This document shows, piece after piece, positions 59,337 through 64,000 of a stretch of DNA of 64,000 nt. Location: contig ML996687.1 of NCBI GenBank assembly GCA_010356995.1, forward strand, positions 373,803-437,802, given 5' to 3'. The position numbers and the translations under genes are program-made. This DNA is from Trichodelitschia bisporula (lineage: Eukaryota). Positions within the stretch are counted from its first letter, which is position 1, and each line of letters begins with the position of its first letter. The notes beneath the pieces were generated by a model. That model made no database searches. It saw only the letters and a program-made list of their open reading frames with translations, and had not been told where the DNA came from.

Positions 59337-60782
59337 CACCAGATCGGAAGGGAGAGGAAGGGTGGAATTGATGCGCTCCAGATCATTATTTAACGGGACG
59401 AGACACTGCAAAGCCAGTGGTCTGTTTTGTCCACCAGTCCAACGCTTGGCCGGGGGATATTGGCCTTCTTCCCTGTCCTTGGAATCCGGCATTTCAACAT
59501 CACCGGATATCTGCGGCTTCTTTCTCCAAATTATGTTTCCTTTCCAGCTTTTGAACGGCCTCGGGGTACAATAATGTTGCTTCGGCTCCTCAGAGTTGAG
59601 CTAGCACTTTGCGGGTTTGCCTTGGTTCTTTCTCTCGAAGTTCTTGCGATTTCTCACTGCTTTGCCGTTTGTTTTGTATCAGGAGTGATGCTTTCTTCCA
59701 TTAATTTCCTGTTCGATATTCAGCCATCATAGCCATTCCTAGTAACGAGTTAGCGTTGTTATCTTCTCAGAATAGGGTGAACGATACCTTCAAATGCGAC
59801 CATTGGAACCTGATTGCAGCCTCATAAGTGCCCAGTTCTGCGGTTAACGCGACCGGGTTCCGAACAACCAGCTGAGACTGCCATCAGTACGTATATAATC
59901 TATATGCTGTGTGATGTGGCTCCATAGAGTCCATAAAGATTGGCTAGCCAGCTAGCGTACAGAGTGAAGAGAGATGTAGCCGCCAAATGCCTTAAGAAGA
60001 AAAAGCCACGGTGATGAACTCATCCCATCAAGGTACGGAGGACATGCGCCTGAAGGGGAATGTTGAGCGGTGGGACCAAGGGACACCTGCGCCAGTATCA
60101 AAATGATCGGCATGGGCGAACGCTGAGGGCTATCGGTCGGTCCGAGGCGCAAGATGAGAACGAAGAAGATGCGTGAAAGAGAAACCGTGCGCTAGGAAAG
60201 AGCGAAGCATCAACATCGGGAAAATCCGGACTGGAGTGACTGCCATTCGGTTGAGGACCCTGTGGTCATGGCGCTTGACCAATGAAGTTCACACGCGTAG
60301 AATGAAGTCGCAAGCCTTTTGGTGGGAAACTCTGGAGCGGAAAGGCCCGCGAAACTCGCCATATTCGGGGAGGCTGTTGGGCAACAGTATATATAAAAAA
60401 GGATTGAGAAGTCCCGAGATGCTACCGAAGATTTGATATTGGGTGGAGACTGCCTTGCCGGACTGGAAAACGAAATCAGCCTGATGTGCGTATAAGGCTG
60501 ATGTACGCGACTTTTTCCTCAATTGGTGACCCCACCGTCTTTGTTTCCGCTGGACGTCTGCCTCGCTTCGCTGCCCTAGCGCTCGGACTCTATGTTTTGT
60601 GAACCTCCTGATGCTTCTGAAAACAAGCATCGTTCCGGGTCTCGCCTTTCCCGCTTTGCGCTGTTCATCGCTCACCGGCCGTGAGGCTCGGTCAAGGGGG
60701 GCTAAGCACTGGCACTCAAAAATCGCGCACGCGCGATTCGTACTGTATCCGCAGCTCTGTGCATCCTGGCGGAGCGCCGAGG

Positions 60783-60858
60783 CTGAAACCGATCGCCGAC
60801 ACTAAAATCCGCCGCCGATACTAAAAGCGGTCGCCGACGCTGAAATCCGCCGCCGATA
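60783..60858. repeat. 19-bp minisatellite x4 with A-B-A-B higher-order structure
   Basis: ctgaaaccgatcgccgaca / ctaaaatccgccgccgata / ctaaaagcggtcgccgacg / ctgaaatccgccgccgata. Confidence 0.8.
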
Positions 60859-61105
60859 CGTCGGATTTATCTCCCAGCCAAAGTTTACGACAGTAAACCG
60901 CTCACCGACACCCGATTCTAATGCCGACATTGCAACGCTTCGCCGATGCCAGTTTTGGATTAATTTAGCTCAGTGCCTGCACACTTAGAAGTAACGTCAA
61001 CCCATCCTCCAACCGCTGGCAAGCAATGCATCAAGATCTCCGCCCAGGGCACCACCAGTTTCAGTCCACGAAACGCTCTAGAACAAGATACCTCCGGCCA
61101 CCCTA

Positions 61106-64000
61106 CTAAATCTCACGAATAAACCCACACTCAACCAACTTATCAACCGAAATCCCCATCGTCGTAACCCGCTCCGCAGTGCTCTCCCGTATCCACAAGA
61201 AACCCCACAACAAACCCCTCTTGAGCAAATTATACGCCCGGCTGAGTTGAAAATGCGGCTTCCCAACTATGTACACCGTCTGCGCACGATATGCCGCGTC
61301 TAGCGCCGCAAGTCGCGGCCCCGCATCGCCGGCGGGGAATCCAGCCTGATCGCGTCCCGCGGGCAAGGCTGTGCGAAAACCATCCGGAGCGTCGCTGCGC
61401 GAGGCAGGTTGCGAGGCTGAGAGTGAGGCGGGTGGGTCGCTTTTTGAATCGCGCTCGCCCTGACTTTCGTGCTCGGCCTCCACAGGCAACCCGACGAGCA
61501 CTTCACCATCGCGATTGCACTCACCGAGGCGATCATCTACTGGCTCGTGAACGCCAGACTGATTCTCGTCCCGCTTCTCAACGTCGATCACGCGGCCTGG
61601 CAGCGGAGCTGCACGAGGCGCAAAATTGGCTAGGATGTACCGTCGCACCTCGTCGTACACGATACGGCCGAGGTGGTGCGTAAGCGGAGATTCGCCGTAG
61701 CCGTACCGGACGATCATGCGGTAGCAATGGGGGAGATTGGTGCGGGTGACGGCGTAGCGGTCTTCGGGGGCCACGTGGGGAATCGTCAGGGCTTTGAGGT
61801 GCAGGAAGACCTGAACTTGGGGCTGAGCTTCGAATTTGGAAAGGAATTCTTGATAAACGACGGGCACGGCCTCGCCGCCGGTTTTGTCGAAGAAGATCCC
61901 GAAGCCTTTCATGGGCGTTATTGAGCCCCCGCCGTAGCGCGCGGTGAGATGCAGGCCGCCGCTGGGGGATTGGCTGAGAAGTCGCGAGAGACGGGTTAGT
62001 CGCGAGTTGCGCTCGATTTTCCATTGCTGTTCTTTGCCGTATCGCCAGAGGCAGAAGATCGAGGCGAGGATCACGGCGAGGCCGATTGTGAACCAGGCTC
62101 CGTCGGGAACCTTGGTGAGGGCTGACGTCAAGTATAGGCCCTCAAAGGTTGAGAGGATCAGCCAGAGTGGGAGTACGAAATACCACTTGATTCGCCAGGC
62201 GATGAGCGCAACAAGCGATACGAAAGTGGTGGTGATGACCGTGTCGAGGATGACGCACACGCCATATGCGTTTCCGAGTTTGGTGGTCTGAGTGCCAGCC
62301 TCGTCAGCATCATCTACCAACAGCGGAGTGTCTTACATCTTTGAACACCGCCGTGACCACGATCGTGCCAATCATTAGCAGCCAGTTGGCCATAGGGATG
62401 AAAACCTGGCTGTGATGTGTGCGGCTCGTATACCTGAAGCTGATGGGTGGGAAGTAGCTCGTGTTGATGACCTGAAAGAGGAGCTGGAACGTGCTTGTGA
62501 TGAGAGCCTGAGAGGCAACGATTGAAGCTAAAATTGATACGATGAATGCTGGCCAAAAGAGACCATGCGGAACCGCATTGAAAAAGGGATTCGAATAGGC
62601 TGAAGGGTTTCGGGATATGTACGCCGCCTGGCCGATGTAGGCCATAAGGATGCACGGATATGCCAAACAACACCACGAGATTTGAATGGCCCTGTTCCCT
62701 CAGCTTGAATCTTCTAGCACACGCCTCAGAAAGTCACTCACCGTTTGGAAAAGGCCCCCAAGTCAGCGAAGAGGGCCTCAACGCCAGTAAAGGAGAGCAG
62801 AATACCACCTAGTGACCTCCATGCCTTAGACTTGTTCCGAACAAAGTACAGGCCAGCAAAATATGGCGAAAAGGCTCGGAGTACGCTGTGGTCGTGCTTG
62901 ACGAGGTTCTAAACTGGTCAGTTGAAATCTGCAACTCAGAACTATCGACGTACAAAGACCCCAAACGAGAAGTTAAACAGCAGCCAGACAATGATGATGG
63001 GCGCAAAGGCACCCCCTATCTTTGACACACCAATAGGCTGAATGGCGAAGAGCACCACTAGCAGCGCACACGTGATGGCGATGACAGTTGAGGTGGCCAG
63101 TTCCGGTTTCACGACACGCAGTCCTGAGAGGTCAGCTTGTTCCAAAGGCCGTAACAAGCAATTGTACCTTGGACAGCGCCTAGAATGGACTGAGCAGGGG
63201 TAATGACGCCGTCGGACATGATAAGGCTGACGCCAAAGACGGCAACGACGGAGAGAAAGCGCCGGGCCATGCTCCGACGCTCCAGGAAGCTCCTTACGGA
63301 CTTGTTTGGCGGCCGCATGTCATTGCTGCTAAAACGTTCGATTTTGATCATGTACTCTTTGCTGGGATCTTGGGATGTCCCAATGTGACTCTGATAGGTT
63401 AGTGAAGACGGGGTGGCGCGTGTAACCACTCACAAATCGGGTCAAGAGGGTGTACATGGCAAAGGTTCCGCCTAACCCATGTTAGACACGTCTGGAGCTT
63501 ATATGGACTTCATACCTTGTCCCTCGTTGTCCGCATTGAGAACGATCGTCACATACTTGATGGTTACAATGATTGTCAAAGTCCATATGATCATCGAAAG
63601 CGCCCCAACCAGATCCTCGTAGGGAGGATTCTCGTTGAACGTGGATGAGAAGACGTAGAGGGGACTTGTTCCAATATCGCCGTAAATGACGCCGGCCGAT
63701 TGATATGCTAGCCTGAATAGTAAGAACACATTCGAAAGCCGAGAATTGTTACATACAGCAAAAGTGGCCATCCCTTGTATTCCTAAGGGGCCATGTCAGT
63801 GTTGGAAAGGCACTATTTTCCCTCCTCACCTGCTTGCGCCGGAAATCTCCCTCCCGCGGGGTATCAAAATTGTCCTCATATGCAGATTCCGTATCTCCTC
63901 TCGATTCCCTGTCCCGCGACAGCGTCTTTCTCAAGGTCAGACGACTGAAATCGGGGCCCAGCTTTCGCCCCGTTGTGACCTTGGCGGCGTCAACAATCTT
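61106..64000 (-). CDS. HAK1: KUP/HAK/KT family potassium transporter (5' end beyond window)
   Basis: [96 protein letters not shown] and KVPDGAWF. The reading frame is open to the window edge. Confidence 0.93.

Overview
Eukaryotic, intron-rich sequence from a filamentous ascomycete. Most introns are very short (42-55 nt, GT..CTRAC..YAG); a Dothideomycete origin is a guess. It is mostly ordinary euchromatin with about 17 protein genes. In order: TMEM135-like membrane protein, Cys-rich type I membrane protein, APH-family kinase-like protein, Med15/Gal11-like Mediator subunit (QA repeat broken by a 20-N gap), GlcNAc-6-P deacetylase, Mug190-like SMP/C2 protein, a hypothetical protein, HMG-CoA lyase, a large multidomain GTPase/RING/patatin-fold protein, TBC Rab-GAP (Gyp5-like), tryptophan synthase, GH63 glycosidase, Mob1, a small TM protein, RFC5, a C2H2-like protein and a 5'-truncated KUP/HAK K+ transporter. 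It also has one intact tRNA-Ala(AGC) and one decayed tRNA-Arg-like gene. I saw no transposon, CRISPR array, rRNA or secondary-metabolite cluster. The most interesting object is the gene at 32218-37063 (-). It joins a B-box-like Zn finger, a GBP/atlastin-type P-loop GTPase, a RING and a patatin domain. After manual splicing, both patatin catalytic residues are substituted (GxSxG becomes GTNTS, DGG becomes AAD) in an otherwise intact gene. All family calls come from motif recognition by eye; no database searches were run.
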